A stretch of DNA of 64,000 nucleotides from Acidobacteriota bacterium (GCA_026393755.1 JAPKZO010000029.1:16490-80489), one strand, 5' to 3'; positions 19,108 through 29,319 are shown, numbered from the stretch's first letter. Made by a program: numbers and translations. Notes: a model not told the origin generated them from the letters alone.

Positions 19108-20219
19108 TCGCGCCCCGGATCGCCCTTGTGCGGGCTGGTTCCCGGGCGGGCCGGCACAACTACGGGGCGGCCGCTAAGACGAAGCACGTGGATCGACACG
19201 CCGAGGCAGAACCCGACAGCGCAGCACAGATAGTGCACCCACTGCCACGCTAGGGCCCGCACAGCAAAGACGGGACCGCGCGCCCGCACGAAGAACTGCG
19301 CGAGGCGCGCGTCGAGAAGAATTTCCACCACCGCGAACAAGACAGCCGCGCGCCGCGCCCACGGGAACCAAGCGGACGCGACCAGCGACACACCGAGCGC
19401 CGACGCCACGGCCACGGCGGCGCGACCTGACCAGCGGAGGTTGAGGTCATCCGGCATGTGCCCGTTGGCGAGGATCAGACGCGTCCAGGGAATCGCGCGA
19501 TCGAAAATCTCCGAGTGCAAGAGGCGGGAAGTCGTCCAGCGCTTCAGGTGCGTCACGCTCAACGACTTGACCATGCGGATCCGCGCGCCCGATGCGAGCA
19601 GCCGCGATCCCAGTTCAATGTCTTCGATGCTGGCGCGGGTGTGGCTCTCGTCGTATCCCCCCACGCGCTCGAACACCTCGCGCCGCACCGCTCCGCACGC
19701 GCTCCAAAATGCACACGCCTCGTCGCGCGCCGTCTGGTGGACGAACCGGTGCGAGAGGTTCTTGTACTGGGACAGGAAGTTCGTGGCCCCCGGCGCATCA
19801 TCATAGGAACCGACGATGGCGGCGTGGCTGGGAAACTCGGCGAACGCCGCAAGGACTCGACGGATCGCGTCGGGCCGCAGCGTCACGTCGGCGTCCACGA
19901 AGAAGAGAATGTCGCCATCCGCCACCCGTGCGGCTGCGTTGCGGGCGCGGGCCGGTCCTCCGCGCCGGTTCAGCACGATCGTACGGGCCCCGTGTGCACG
20001 GGCAAGCGCGACGGCAGACTCGTCGCCGCCGTCTACGGCAACCACCAGTTCTGCCGACGGTGGGTCAAGTTGTGCCAGGCTCGCCAGACACGCCCGGAAG
20101 TTCTCGTCGCCGCTGACAACGGGCACGACGATTGACACGCGTGGCGTCGGCGCGCTGGCGGTGACGCCATCGGCCCGGTCGGACGCACGGGCGCGAGAAC
20201 TTACCTCATTCGGTTTCAT
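19104..20219 (-). CDS. Glycosyltransferase family 2 with C-terminal membrane segment
   Basis: Raw ORF trimmed to 'MKPNEV' (ATG 20219). GT-A motifs 'VSIVVPVVSGDENF', 'AVDGGDES', DxD 'FFVDADV'. C-terminal hydrophobic helices. Confidence 0.8.
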   Translation of the reverse strand: MKPNEVSSRARASDRADGVTASAPTPRVSIVVPVVSGDENFRACLASLAQLDPPSAELVVAVDGGDESAVALARAHGARTIVLNRRGGPARARNAAARVADGDILFFVDADVTLRPDAIRRVLAAFAEFPSHAAIVGSYDDAPGATNFLSQYKNLSHRFVHQTARDEACAFWSACGAVRREVFERVGGYDESHTRASIEDIELGSRLLASGARIRMVKSLSVTHLKRWTTSRLLHSEIFDRAIPWTRLILANGHMPDDLNLRWSGRAAVAVASALGVSLVASAWFPWARRAAVLFAVVEILLDARLAQFFVRARGPVFAVRALAWQWVHYLCCAVGFCLGVSIHVLRLSGRPVVVPARPGTSPHKGDPGRE

Positions 20220-20449
20220 GCCGTAGACGTCGACTGCCCGAGCAGCGCCAGCATTGGTGGCGGGATGAAAATCATACGTCAGACGTCTCCATGCCACCAG
20301 CGGCACCGACGGCCGTCCGGGCCGGCACACCGCACCGAGGCCGGACAGCCGGGCCAGACGCACGGTGCCGGAACGCGCAACTCCGCGGACGTGGGCGCGG
20401 TCCGGCGCGGAGTGGCCAATTCGAGCGTGATCGGAGATCATGACGGGCG

Positions 20450-21694
20450 ATGAAGTTCTGCATGGTGACGACGTTCTACCCCCCGTATCACTTCGGGGGG
20501 GACGCCACCTATGTCCATCGCCTCGCTGTCGAATTGGGACGTCGAGGACACTTGGTGGACGTCGTTCACGACCTCGATTCGTATTACCTCCTGCATCCCG
20601 GCGAACCCTCACTCGAGTACGGCTCCTCGGAGAACGTCACCGTTCATCGCTTGAAATCGCCCTTCGGGTCCCTCTCACCCCTGGCGACCCACCAGACCTG
20701 CTTGCCGCTGTTGAAGCCGCGGCTCAAGCGCCTGCTCGAATCGGGCGGACACGACGTCATCAACTTCCACAATGTGTCGTTGATCGGCGCCGGGGCCTTC
20801 AGCTACGGGTGCGGGATCAAGCTGTACACGATCCACGAGCAGTGGCTCATCTGCCCGATGCACATCCTGTGGAAGTTCGGCCGCCGGCTGTGCGACAGGC
20901 GCCGCTGTTTCTGGTGCTGCCTGAGCGGGGCGAGGCCTCCTCAACTCTGGCGAGCGACCGGGCTGCTCCGGCGGCGAGCGCGTGCGATCGATCGGTTCCT
21001 CGCGCCGAGCCGGTTCGTGCGTGACAAGCACCGCGAGATGGGCATGGATGTGCCGACGACGGTCCTGCCGCACTTCCTGCCGGACCTGCCGCCCGCGTCG
21101 TCCAGTGGCTCGCCCCCGCACCCACGACCGTATTTTCTTTTCGTGGGGCGCCTGGAGCGGATCAAGGGGCTGCACACGCTGTTCGAGCCATTCAGACGGG
21201 CCGGCGCGGCGGATCTCCTCGTCGCGGGCGAAGGCGGCCAGGAGCCGGCCCTTCGCGCGGCCGCGGCCGGCATGCCAAACGTCTCGTTTCTCGGCGTGCA
21301 GCCCTACGCGCAGCTGCGGTCGCTCTATCGGCACGCGATCGCCCTGGTCGTGCCGTCAGTGTGTTACGAGGTGTTTCCGATGGTGATGCTCGAGGCCTTC
21401 GCCGAGGCGACCCCGGTCGTCGCCCGGGATCTCGCGGGCATCGCGGAGATCGTGAACGACTCGCGTGGCGGGATCCTGTTCCGCGACGAGGCCGGGTTGC
21501 AGCAGGCGCTGGACGGGTTGCGGACGAACTCCTCGCTGCGGCGTGCGCTTGGGGAGAACGGCCATCGCGCCCTCAAAGAGCGCTGGACCGCCGATGCGTA
21601 CATTCGGCAGTACTTCAAGGTCATCGACGCTTGCCGCGAGGCGCGCGGGATCATGACGGCCCAGCAAGCCGCCGAACGCGGAGGATCGACGTGA
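20450..21694 (+). CDS. Glycosyltransferase family 4 (GT-B)
   Basis: N-terminal 'MVTTFYPPYHFGGDATYVHRLAVELGRRGH'. C-terminal EX7E region 'YEVFPMVMLEAFAEATPVVA'. Confidence 0.85.
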   Translation: MKFCMVTTFYPPYHFGGDATYVHRLAVELGRRGHLVDVVHDLDSYYLLHPGEPSLEYGSSENVTVHRLKSPFGSLSPLATHQTCLPLLKPRLKRLLESGGHDVINFHNVSLIGAGAFSYGCGIKLYTIHEQWLICPMHILWKFGRRLCDRRRCFWCCLSGARPPQLWRATGLLRRRARAIDRFLAPSRFVRDKHREMGMDVPTTVLPHFLPDLPPASSSGSPPHPRPYFLFVGRLERIKGLHTLFEPFRRAGAADLLVAGEGGQEPALRAAAAGMPNVSFLGVQPYAQLRSLYRHAIALVVPSVCYEVFPMVMLEAFAEATPVVARDLAGIAEIVNDSRGGILFRDEAGLQQALDGLRTNSSLRRALGENGHRALKERWTADAYIRQYFKVIDACREARGIMTAQQAAERGGST

Positions 21695-22467
21695 GCGCGC
21701 TCGCGCGGCGCGTCCCGATTCTCGCGTACCACTCGATCAGCGACGGACCGCCGCCGCTTTGCGTGTCACCCGCCCGCTTCGAAGAACACCTGTCGTCTCT
21801 TGCTGGCGAGGGATGGGCGACGCTGACCCTCGACGAGTTGCTGGCCGGCCACGCCCGGGGCGGGTGGCCAGAACGGCGGCTGATGTTGACGTTCGATGAC
21901 GGGCTGGCCAGCTTCGCGGGCGAGGCGCTGCCGCGGCTCGTCGGCGCCGGCTTCTCGGCGACGCTGTTTGTTGTGGCCGGCCGCATCGGCGGCGAGACCG
22001 ATTGGCAAGGCTGGCCTCCGGCGACGCCCAGAGAGCGCCTGCTCGATGCAGCCGCGCTGAAAGAGGTCGCAGCGGCTGGCATCGAGATCGGCGCCCATGC
22101 CTTGTCGCATGTCCGCCTCTCCAGGCTGAGCCCCGAGGCAGCGGCGCACGAAGTGCTGGACAGCCGCCGACACATCGAGGATCTGATCGGCAGCCCCGTC
22201 AGGAGTTTTGCCTACCCGTTCGGCGAGGCCTCACCCGGCTTGGCGCGTCTCGTGCGCGAAAACTTCCGGGCCGGCTTCGGGATCCGGCTGGCGTACGCCT
22301 CGCCCCGGAGCCGGATTGAGATGTTCGAACGCATTGACGCGCACTACCTGCGAAGCCGCCAATCGCTCGTACCGCTCTCGAGCTGGACAACGCGGGCCTG
22401 GCTCGCGGTGAGGTCCGTGGCGCGTGAGGCCCGGCGCCTGTCGAGCTACCAAGGGCGATCACTCTAA
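21691..22467 (+). CDS. Polysaccharide deacetylase (NodB homology domain)
   Basis: Raw ORF trimmed to GTG 21691 (SD 'GGAGGA' 5 nt upstream; overlaps the GT4 stop). NodB motifs 'LTFDDGLASF', 'GAHALSH', 'FAYPFGE'. Confidence 0.8.
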   Translation: MSALARRVPILAYHSISDGPPPLCVSPARFEEHLSSLAGEGWATLTLDELLAGHARGGWPERRLMLTFDDGLASFAGEALPRLVGAGFSATLFVVAGRIGGETDWQGWPPATPRERLLDAAALKEVAAAGIEIGAHALSHVRLSRLSPEAAAHEVLDSRRHIEDLIGSPVRSFAYPFGEASPGLARLVRENFRAGFGIRLAYASPRSRIEMFERIDAHYLRSRQSLVPLSSWTTRAWLAVRSVAREARRLSSYQGRSL

Positions 22468-24861
22468 CCGGATCCAGTCGAGCGCAACACCCAGCACGCG
22501 CGCATCGCTACTGGGACTGGTAGCTTTCGGCACGAACGTATCCGTGCGGATGGTCAGCACCGAGTCCCGCGCCGCCAGTCGGGCGACCACCGCGGCGTTC
22601 AGCGCGAACCGGTACTCCGAGAACCCCGGTCCTGGACCGTCGATGATGCCGACCTCGGTGCCGTCGATGTCGATGCGGACCGTCGGCGCCCGGACGCCGG
22701 GCGATCGGGCGGCGGCCAGCCGCACGACCAGCGTGGCTTCCGGCCGCGCGATCGCCACGCGCGGAAGAGCGATCTGCGCTTCGCCAGCCGTCCATCGAGC
22801 GCGAGCCGAGGGCATCGACTCGCCGCCGTAGAAACCGCGCAGTACGAAGGCGAAGTCCCGGTCTCCGAAATCGGCCGTGAACGGCAGCGCAACCGCCCGC
22901 GCGGCGTCCGCGGATTCGATCTCGTACAAGTCCACCGCGGTGTTGACCGTCTGGAGCCGCCGTGGGAAGGCCACCGAAGACGACTCGAGCACGGTGTACG
23001 CCAGAGACGCCCCACCAGAGAAGGTGACACTGAGCCCACCAAAGTCACTTCGCCATAACCGGCGCGGCGGGTCGCCCGGGTAGTCCGTCAGAATCACGAA
23101 GACACGCCGCTTTGCGGCCAGCGCCCTCGCGATGAATGCCTGCAGCGCACCGCCGGGCGGCACACGCTCCATCACCGGAAGAACCGCGCGGTCGAACGTC
23201 GCCTGCAGGGCGAGCGGCAAGTGGCTCGGCGTCGATCGATCGGCAATGACAATCGCCGAGGGCGGGATGCGGTCGGCGATCTGTCCGACCTCCGCGTGAA
23301 CTCCCTGCATGGGCGGGAGGCGCAGCGCCGGCCAGGCCTGGCCCAGCCACACGGCGGCGAGGCTGGCGACGACGATCCAGGCGATGCGACGGGCCCAGAC
23401 TCCGATGGCGGCGACCCGCGCCGCGAGGGCGCCGACAAAGAGGAACCCGAGCGGCAGCACAGCGGGCACGAACCGCCGGAAGTCGGCCGGCCAGGCGGTC
23501 TTTTCCCGCCAGGCGAGCCAGAGGATCATTTCCGCCGCGAAGGGCGCGATGAGCGGCAGCAGGCGGAGATCGCCGTCTTTCGAGACTACCCAGATGAAGG
23601 CCGCGAGCATCACGGCCGCTCCCGCCGGTGTCAGGAGCAGACTCGCCGTCCTCACGACGCCAGGCGAGGCGACAGCGGGAGCCAGGATGGCCAAGCCTGC
23701 CAGCACCGGTAGCCGCGCTGGCGAGGGGAGCAGCCTGACGAATACCCAGGTTCCGACCAGCGCTGCGGCAGCAAGGCCCAGCGCCGGCATACCGCCGAGC
23801 GGAGCGATGACCCGGGCGACGGCATTGAAAGCCATCGCCGCCAGGCGAAGCGTGTACGGGGTGGAGACAAGGAGCGCGTGGGCGATCGCGTGGACGCCGA
23901 GCAGCCCAATCGTCGCCGCGTACCAGGGCCAGGCGGGTCCGAGCAGCCGACGGCGCCTGGCGAGCACGAGCCAGGCGATGCCGAGCGGGAGCAGAACAAT
24001 CAATGCATCGATGCGGACCATGCCCGCAAGGCCGATTGCCGCACCCGCGCACGCGCCGGCACACCGACTCTGGTTGTCTCGCGCCACGAGCGTGAAGAAG
24101 ATCCCCGCCAGCAGGAACCACTGGGCCAGCATTTCAGACGAGGCCGTCCACGCGTACCACACCTGGCCGAAGTTGACGGCCAGCAGCGTCGCCGCGATGC
24201 CCGCAGCGCTGGCCGACCACGCGCGGCGTCCGACGAGCCATGCGGCGAGCACACCAAGCACGCCGAACACCGCGTTCACGTAGTATCCGCCGTGCGGACC
24301 GAACAGTCCGACGAACACGGCGATCCAGACGGGAAGCAGGTGGAAAAAATTGGGCACCACGAGATCCCCGGTGCCGACCTGGAGGCCGCCCGGGAAGCGG
24401 TTCAACAGCTGAGGCCACGATCCATCGCGCTTGAGGAGGGCGTCGCGCGCTTCGTCGGGCAGCAGGCGCAGGACCTCGTCGGGCGACACCATGCCGCCGG
24501 TCCGGTGAATCGATTGCCCGATGGCCAGGTAGACAGAGGCGTCGCGGCCTTCAATCAGGTACTCGCCGGGCCGCCCGTAGAGCGCGGCGGCGGCCGCGAG
24601 CAAGATGGCGAGCCAGACGTGCGCAGCGACTGGCCGAGCGGGCTCGCTGGGGCGGCCGGTCCCGGGTTCGCGCCCGATCCACACCCACACGACAGCGGCC
24701 AGGACACCGGCACCAGCCAGGAGGCGGCCGAGGGTGAATGCTCCTGCTTCCGCCAGCAACATCCCAACCCACGAGACGGCGGCGACCAGGACGAAGAGCA
24801 GCGTGAACGCCGCCTCGAGCCGCGTGCAGCGCCGCGCACGATCGGGCGACCCACTGATCAC
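22459..24861 (-). CDS. Large polytopic membrane protein, GT-C (ArnT/PMT)-like, with ~250-aa C-terminal soluble domain
   Basis: GTG start with SD 'GGGAGGG' 5 nt upstream. About 550 aa of hydrophobic helices, then a soluble tail containing 'GFYGGESMPSARARWTAGEAQIALP'. The family call is tentative. Confidence 0.55.
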   Translation of the reverse strand: MISGSPDRARRCTRLEAAFTLLFVLVAAVSWVGMLLAEAGAFTLGRLLAGAGVLAAVVWVWIGREPGTGRPSEPARPVAAHVWLAILLAAAAALYGRPGEYLIEGRDASVYLAIGQSIHRTGGMVSPDEVLRLLPDEARDALLKRDGSWPQLLNRFPGGLQVGTGDLVVPNFFHLLPVWIAVFVGLFGPHGGYYVNAVFGVLGVLAAWLVGRRAWSASAAGIAATLLAVNFGQVWYAWTASSEMLAQWFLLAGIFFTLVARDNQSRCAGACAGAAIGLAGMVRIDALIVLLPLGIAWLVLARRRRLLGPAWPWYAATIGLLGVHAIAHALLVSTPYTLRLAAMAFNAVARVIAPLGGMPALGLAAAALVGTWVFVRLLPSPARLPVLAGLAILAPAVASPGVVRTASLLLTPAGAAVMLAAFIWVVSKDGDLRLLPLIAPFAAEMILWLAWREKTAWPADFRRFVPAVLPLGFLFVGALAARVAAIGVWARRIAWIVVASLAAVWLGQAWPALRLPPMQGVHAEVGQIADRIPPSAIVIADRSTPSHLPLALQATFDRAVLPVMERVPPGGALQAFIARALAAKRRVFVILTDYPGDPPRRLWRSDFGGLSVTFSGGASLAYTVLESSSVAFPRRLQTVNTAVDLYEIESADAARAVALPFTADFGDRDFAFVLRGFYGGESMPSARARWTAGEAQIALPRVAIARPEATLVVRLAAARSPGVRAPTVRIDIDGTEVGIIDGPGPGFSEYRFALNAAVVARLAARDSVLTIRTDTFVPKATSPSSDARVLGVALDWIRLE

Positions 24862-24921
24862 ACTGTCCCTCCCGCAGCGTTGTGCTGGCCGAGCCTCCGG
24901 CTTGGAACGTTCATGTAGCGA

Positions 24922-25641
24922 TCACTTCGGCTCAGATCGGCCGTCCTGTCCGTCGCGTCGCGGCTCGTACCAGGGACCGCGGCGGGTGTTGAAATATCTC
25001 CGCCCGAGGAATATCGCGCCGGGGAGGAGGCGGAGCACGTCGGTGACGGTGTGAGAGCGAGCCGTCCTGCCGGAGGTTACCACCGGCTGCTTCACGATCA
25101 CGAACGCGCCCAACCGCTTGAGTCGCCAGCTCAGATCAACATCCTCTCCGGCATAGAGTGTCTGATCGAACCCGCCAACGGTCTCAAACGCCTGCCGCGT
25201 ACAGAAGATGAAGGATCCCGCCGCCAGCCGCCCGGCCCATTGGAGACAGAGCCACAACCACAGCAGCGCGGTCGCGTAGAGGGGAACGCGGCCATCGAAC
25301 CGGGCCTTCGCACCGCCCCCGACCGCCCCGGAACGAATGGCACGCACGGCCGCGCGGAGGACTGCCTCGGAGACATCAGTGTCCGCATCGACAAACACCA
25401 GCAAATCGCCCAGAGCGTGCCTGGCGCCGGCGTTGCGCGCCGACGCGATCTGCCGATAGTTGACCATCACGAGGCGGGCCCCATGCCGCACCGCCACCTC
25501 GGCGGTCGCGTCGGCCGACGCATCATCGACAACGATGATCTCGTATGGTTCGTCCTGGGCCCGCGCAGCGGTCTGGAGCGCGGCGAGCGTGCGCCCGATC
25601 AGGCGCGCCTCGTCATGTGCCGGAATGACGATCGAGATCAT
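24922..25641 (-). CDS. Glycosyltransferase family 2
   Basis: 'MISIVIPAHDEA', 'IIVVDDASADAT', DxD 'VFVDADT'. 239 aa. Confidence 0.85.
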   Translation of the reverse strand: MISIVIPAHDEARLIGRTLAALQTAARAQDEPYEIIVVDDASADATAEVAVRHGARLVMVNYRQIASARNAGARHALGDLLVFVDADTDVSEAVLRAAVRAIRSGAVGGGAKARFDGRVPLYATALLWLWLCLQWAGRLAAGSFIFCTRQAFETVGGFDQTLYAGEDVDLSWRLKRLGAFVIVKQPVVTSGRTARSHTVTDVLRLLPGAIFLGRRYFNTRRGPWYEPRRDGQDGRSEPK

Positions 25642-25815
25642 GTTGGTTCTCTCTTGACCCCGCCGTTTTCCCGAACCGCCGGTTCAGCGCGAGAGCCACG
25701 CGATGCCCACGACGATGGGGCAACCCCGGACGGTTCACCCCCGACAAAGAACCAGATCGTATATCGGTCTCGCTGTGCCCGGTGGCGAGCGCGGCGAGCA
25801 GAGAGCCCCCAACCG

Positions 25816-26469
25816 CTACTTGCTCCGGTCGAGCACCTCAATCTTCAGCGCGATCCTGGCCGACGGCTTGCGCGCGCGCATCCACAGGAGGATCCGGCGA
25901 GAGAGTCGTTGCGTCACCACCAGCACGCCCAGCCCCGCCACCAGCGCAACGGGCATGAGCCAGTAGCCGCCGTGCGCTTCGGTGCCGGGCGGCAGCGCGA
26001 ACTCCATCCCGAATCCTCTGGGCTGCCCGTTCAGCGTGAAGAAGCCGATGTTGTTAGGGAAGACCGGCTTCAGCACGGCCATGGCGAGAAGCGATACCCC
26101 CATCGACCAGCCGGTAAAGACCAGGATGGCCCATCCGAAACCGACAACCGATGACGTCGCGCTATGCCAAAGAGCCCGTGCCATCGGCACGAAACGGCCG
26201 GTGGTGACCGCCTCGTCCAGCGTCATCTCGTGCGAATACGCCTGCGCCACACGCAGCGGCGGGCCAAGCTCGGCAAGCACACGCTCGATGGCGGCGCGCT
26301 CGTCTGGGGCAGCCTCGGCCTGATCGCACCGCTCGCGGATGTGCGACGCGACCTCACGCACCGCGTCGGAGGCGATCTCGCGCGGCAGGAACGACCGCAG
26401 GGATCGATCCAGGATGAACAGATATCCGTTGACCCTCGACTCGCCGACCTCAGTGAGCGTCATTGCCAT
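25816..26469 (-). CDS. Membrane protein, PadR-associated (soluble helical N-domain + 3-4 TM helices)
   Basis: Overlaps the PadR stop by 20 nt. N-terminal 'VNGYLFILDRSLRSFLPREIASDAVREVASHIRE' resembles the sensor partners encoded after PadR genes. C-terminal TM helices. Confidence 0.6.
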   Translation of the reverse strand: MAMTLTEVGESRVNGYLFILDRSLRSFLPREIASDAVREVASHIRERCDQAEAAPDERAAIERVLAELGPPLRVAQAYSHEMTLDEAVTTGRFVPMARALWHSATSSVVGFGWAILVFTGWSMGVSLLAMAVLKPVFPNNIGFFTLNGQPRGFGMEFALPPGTEAHGGYWLMPVALVAGLGVLVVTQRLSRRILLWMRARKPSARIALKIEVLDRSK

Positions 26470-26836
26470 CTCCTTGCGCCGCCACGATCAACCGGTCGAG
26501 CTTGGCGGCAAAAGCTTTCCACGAATCGGTCATGTACGTCAGTCGCGCCTGTCCGCGGTTCGTCAGGCGGTAGTACTTGCGCGGGTGCGAGCCTTCTTCG
26601 CGCCATTCGGGCGCCAGCCAGCCGTCACGGCTGAGGCGGGCGAGGATCGGGTAGATCGTCCCCTCGGTGACGACAAGATCAGTGAACGCCTCGAGGTGAC
26701 TGATGATTTCGAGGCCATAGCGAGGGCTCCGAGCCACAGCCAGGAGAATGGCTAACTCCAGCCCCCCCCGGCGCAACTGCTCTCGCCAACTGTCGAATGC
26801 CTCGACCGACGCTGCCCGTTCGGTAGCAGGTGCCAT
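26450..26836 (-). CDS. PadR-family transcriptional regulator
   Basis: Start set to ATG 26836 (SD 'GGAGG' 6 nt upstream). wHTH 'LAILLAVARSPRYGLEIISHLE...EGTIYPILARLSRDGWL...RKYYRLTNRG'. Confidence 0.85.
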   Translation of the reverse strand: MAPATERAASVEAFDSWREQLRRGGLELAILLAVARSPRYGLEIISHLEAFTDLVVTEGTIYPILARLSRDGWLAPEWREEGSHPRKYYRLTNRGQARLTYMTDSWKAFAAKLDRLIVAAQGDGNDAH

Positions 26837-27057
26837 GATGGCCTCCGCGGTTACCTCGCTTGGCAAGATGCCTTGCGTCACAATGTATTACGGTGCAATT
26901 CCGGCCGAGGTTCCCGAGAGGGATTGAATTCGGCGCTCAGAGGTTTCCCGGCACCGCGAAGACCGGTGTAGTTTCCCGCACGACTGCAGCGCTCTCCGGA
27001 ATCAGCCCGCTTGCCAACCGCGCGTCCGATCGGGAGAATACGACCGGGAGCACATTC

Positions 27058-29319
27058 ATGACAACTCTTCGAGGCGGTCGATTTCTCGTGGCGATCGCGG
27101 CAGCCGTGGCCGCCGTATCGAGTCCCAACGCTCAATCCTCGCCGGCGGCGGTATCACCTGGCGAGCGGTGGGAGGCGGCATTCCGCGCGTTGCCGGTGGC
27201 GGTCAACATCCGCGGGTACGACGAGCGGATGAGCGCCCGGCCGCATCATGTTGGATCGCCGTACGACAAGGACAACGCCGAGTGGATGCTGGCGCGGTTT
27301 AAGGAGTGGGGCTGGGACGCGAAGATCGAGCGGTTCGACGTTCTGTTTCCCACGCCAAAGACGCGGCTGCTGGAGATGGTGACGCCCACCCGGTTCGTCG
27401 CCAAGCTTGAAGAACCGACATTGGCGGTGGACCCCACCTCCGGGCAGAAGGCCGAGCAGCTTCCCACGTACAACGCCTACTCGATCGACGGCGATGTCAC
27501 GGCACCGCTTGTCTACGTCAACTACGGCAGGCCAGTGGACTACGAGCAACTCGAGCGGCTCGGCGTGTCGGTCAAGGGCGCGATTGTCATCGCACGCTAT
27601 GGCGCGTCATGGCGCGGCATCAAGCCGAAGGTCGCCGCCGAACACGGTGCGGTTGGATGCCTGATCTATTCCGATCCTCGAGACGACGGGTACTTCGGGG
27701 GCGACGTGTTCCCGGAAGGACCGATGCGGCCGCGAGACGGCGTGCAGCGCGGAAGCGTGATGGACATGCCCGTCTACCCGGGCGACCCGCTCACGCCGGG
27801 CGTCGGCGCCACGCCCGAGGCCAAGCGCCTGGCGGTGGCCGAGGCGCGGACGATCACGCGGATTCCAGTGCTGCCGATCTCCTACGGCGACGCGCAGCCG
27901 CTGCTTGCCGCGCTGAACGGCCCGCCGGCGCCAGAGGACTGGCGCGGGGCGCTGCCGATCACGTATCGCATCGGTCCCGGGTCCGCCACCGTTCATCTCA
28001 AGCTTGCGTTCAACTGGGACATTACGCCCATCTACGACGTGATCGCGCGGCTGTCCGGCTCCACATACCCCGACGAGTGGATCATCCGGGGCAATCATCA
28101 CGACGCCTGGGTGAACGGCGCAGGCGACCCGGTCAGCGGCATCTCGGCCGAACTCGAGGAAGCGCGCGCGCTCGGCGAATTGCGCAAGCAAGGGTGGCAG
28201 CCGAAGCGGACGATCATCTACGCGGCGTGGGACGGCGAAGAACCCGCGCTGCTCGGTTCCACCGAGTGGGTGGAGACGCACGCCGCCGAACTCGAGTCGC
28301 ACGCGGTGGTGTACATCAACACCGACAGCAACGGCCGCGGCTATTTCGACATGGCTGGTTCGCACACGCTCGAGCCATTCATCAACGGCGTCGCCCGCGC
28401 GGTGGAGGATCCCGAGGCGAAGGTCAGCGCGTGGAAACGCCTGCAGGCGGCCACCATTGAAAAGGGCACTCCCGTGGAACGCAACGAGGCGCGCACGCGC
28501 GACGATCTGCGGATTGGCGCGCTCGGCTCCGGTTCGGACTTCACGCCCTTTCTCCAGCACAGCGGCGTCCCCACGCTGAACCTCGGCTACGGCGGCGAGG
28601 ACAACAACGGCATCTACCATTCGATCTATGACGACTTCTACCAGTACACGCACTTCGAGGACACCGACTTTGCGTATGGCCGGTTGGCCGCGCAGACGAT
28701 CGGTACGGCTGTCATCCGTCTGGCTGATGCGGACATCCTCCCATTCGACTTCACGCGCCTGGCCGAGACGGTGAAGGCGTACGTCGATGATGTGCAGGCG
28801 CTGCTGAAGCGCCGGCAGGAAGACGTGCGCGAACGCAACAGGCAGATCGAGGAGGGCGTGTTTGCCGCCACCCGCGATCCGCGGCGGCCGCTCGCCGCGC
28901 CAGTCGCGGAAGCCGTGCCGCCAGCGCTGAACTTCGCGCCGCTCGAGAACGCGTCCACCGCGCTGACCGCGGCGGCGGGGCGATACAAGAAGGCGCTCGC
29001 GGCCGCGTCCTCACAGCTCGCCGGGAACACCGCGGCGATTCGCGCGGTCAACGCGAAACTGATACAGAGCGAGCGGCAACTCCTGGACCCGGCTGGCCTC
29101 CCGCACCGGGAGTGGTATCGCCATCTGCTGTATGCGCCGGGCTATTACACCGGGTACGACGTCAAGACGCTGCCCGGCGTGCGCGAGGGCATCGAGCAGA
29201 AGCAGTATGACGGCGTCGATGCCGAGATCGCGCGGGCGGCGAAGGCCCTCGCGCGCGAGGCCGCGCTTGTGGACGCCGCCGCCGCGGACCTCGGGCGACT
29301 CGGCCCGCCCGCTCGTTAA
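27058..29319 (+). CDS. Secreted M28 metallopeptidase, glutamate-carboxypeptidase-II/PSMA-like (PA domain + TfR-like dimerisation domain)
   Basis: Start set to ATG 27058 (signal peptide 'MTTLRGGRFLVAIAAAVAAVSSPNA'). PA-domain 'VKGAIVIARYG'. M28 Zn-ligand regions 'GNHHDAWVNGAGDPVSG' and 'WDGEEPALLGSTEWVE'. 753 aa. Confidence 0.85.
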   Translation: MTTLRGGRFLVAIAAAVAAVSSPNAQSSPAAVSPGERWEAAFRALPVAVNIRGYDERMSARPHHVGSPYDKDNAEWMLARFKEWGWDAKIERFDVLFPTPKTRLLEMVTPTRFVAKLEEPTLAVDPTSGQKAEQLPTYNAYSIDGDVTAPLVYVNYGRPVDYEQLERLGVSVKGAIVIARYGASWRGIKPKVAAEHGAVGCLIYSDPRDDGYFGGDVFPEGPMRPRDGVQRGSVMDMPVYPGDPLTPGVGATPEAKRLAVAEARTITRIPVLPISYGDAQPLLAALNGPPAPEDWRGALPITYRIGPGSATVHLKLAFNWDITPIYDVIARLSGSTYPDEWIIRGNHHDAWVNGAGDPVSGISAELEEARALGELRKQGWQPKRTIIYAAWDGEEPALLGSTEWVETHAAELESHAVVYINTDSNGRGYFDMAGSHTLEPFINGVARAVEDPEAKVSAWKRLQAATIEKGTPVERNEARTRDDLRIGALGSGSDFTPFLQHSGVPTLNLGYGGEDNNGIYHSIYDDFYQYTHFEDTDFAYGRLAAQTIGTAVIRLADADILPFDFTRLAETVKAYVDDVQALLKRRQEDVRERNRQIEEGVFAATRDPRRPLAAPVAEAVPPALNFAPLENASTALTAAAGRYKKALAAASSQLAGNTAAIRAVNAKLIQSERQLLDPAGLPHREWYRHLLYAPGYYTGYDVKTLPGVREGIEQKQYDGVDAEIARAAKALAREAALVDAAAADLGRLGPPAR

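Noticed and set aside
26762-26769. Homopolymeric C8/G8 tract inside the PadR CDS, as a possible phase-variation switch. There are also G7 tracts at ~20494-20500 in the GT4 gene and ~35136-35142 upstream of the MFS start.
   Set aside because: At about one-third G and one-third C, roughly twenty runs of 8 or more G or C are expected by chance in 64 kb under a simple iid estimate. There is no evidence of length polymorphism from a single sequence.
26837-27057. Search for a canonical PadR operator (ATGT-N8-ACAT) in the PadR/M28 divergent region
   Set aside because: Only 'ATGTATTACGGTGCAA' is present (ATGT-N8-GCAA), and the second half-site does not match. No operator is called.
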